The notes below the pieces were generated by a model, which was given only the letters and a program-made list of their open reading frames with translations, made no database searches and was not told where the DNA came from. This document shows positions 45,316-45,590 of a stretch of 45,590 bases of DNA, piece after piece; position 1 is the first letter of the stretch, and every line of letters begins with the position of its first letter. Made by a program: the position numbers and the translations under genes. Source of the DNA: Macrostomum lignano (Eukaryota); assembly GCA_002269645.1 (NCBI GenBank), contig NIVC01004449.1, positions 1 through 45,590 of the forward strand. Reading direction: 5' to 3'.

Positions 45316-45590
45316 TCAGAAAATCTGCCTGCCGTACGCGACCACCTCGCACAGGGTCAGGCCTTCGATCGGCAGGTCCACCTGCACCGTCCGGCCCACC
45401 CGGCCGCAGCTGAACTTCTTCACAGAGAAGCTGCTCGCTCGAAGTAGGACGCGAACTCGACGCCATTGAGGCTGATGATGAAGTTGTTAAGCCTCTGAGA
45501 GCAGCAGTCTACCCGGTTGTACAGGGCCACGCGGTCGATGTACGCCCGCTGCGGCAGACTGGCCCGCCACCAGGCGTTCCTGGCGGAGCT
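45316..45590 (-). pseudogene. F-type lectin (fucolectin/FTP) domain, 5'-truncated by the window edge, with an apparent 1-nt frameshift near 45425-45440
   Basis: Frame 1: NAWWRASL...VALYNRVDCCSQRLNNFII (RxDxxxxR signature with vicinal CC), stop at 45420-45422. Shifted frame continues VKKFSCGRVGRTVQVDLPIEGLTLCEVVAYGRQIF* (LTLCEV hallmark). May instead be an intact gene with an assembly error. Confidence 0.75.

Noticed and set aside
1-45590. Tandem arrays as CRISPR loci
   Set aside because: Units abut with no unique spacers, no cas genes are present, and the context is a spliced eukaryotic genome.

Overview
Eukaryotic (metazoan) genomic DNA, not prokaryotic. GC-rich spliced exons, minisatellite-filled introns and TTAGGG repeats are compatible with a free-living flatworm such as Macrostomum (inference only). 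All gene models were built by hand from GT-AG junctions and reading-frame continuity. Protein-coding content: exportin-1/CRM1 (minus, 7 exons, 14550-20282, 1064 aa); alpha-actinin (minus, 13 exons, 28408-40856, 908 aa) with a tandemly duplicated, apparently mutually exclusive 79-nt CH2 exon; vasohibin tubulin carboxypeptidase (plus, 9 exons, ~41214-44130), head-to-head with actinin; a frameshifted F-type lectin domain at the right edge; and three paralogous 67-80 aa N/Q/G/Y-rich microproteins built from two DN[KH]xNQ[CL]NPNN repeats, one ending in a CaaX box. Mobile DNA: four members of one non-autonomous Helitron-like family (TC...hairpin-CTAG|T ends) that carry 23-bp and 18-bp satellites and, in three members, a tRNA-Ser(GCT)-like Pol III module, arranged nested or head-to-tail; an internally deleted Ginger1-like transposon with a CCGG target-site duplication; and a ~305-bp foldback. 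Most ORFs in the supplied track are minisatellite or antisense artefacts. No CRISPR, rRNA or intact tRNA is supported.
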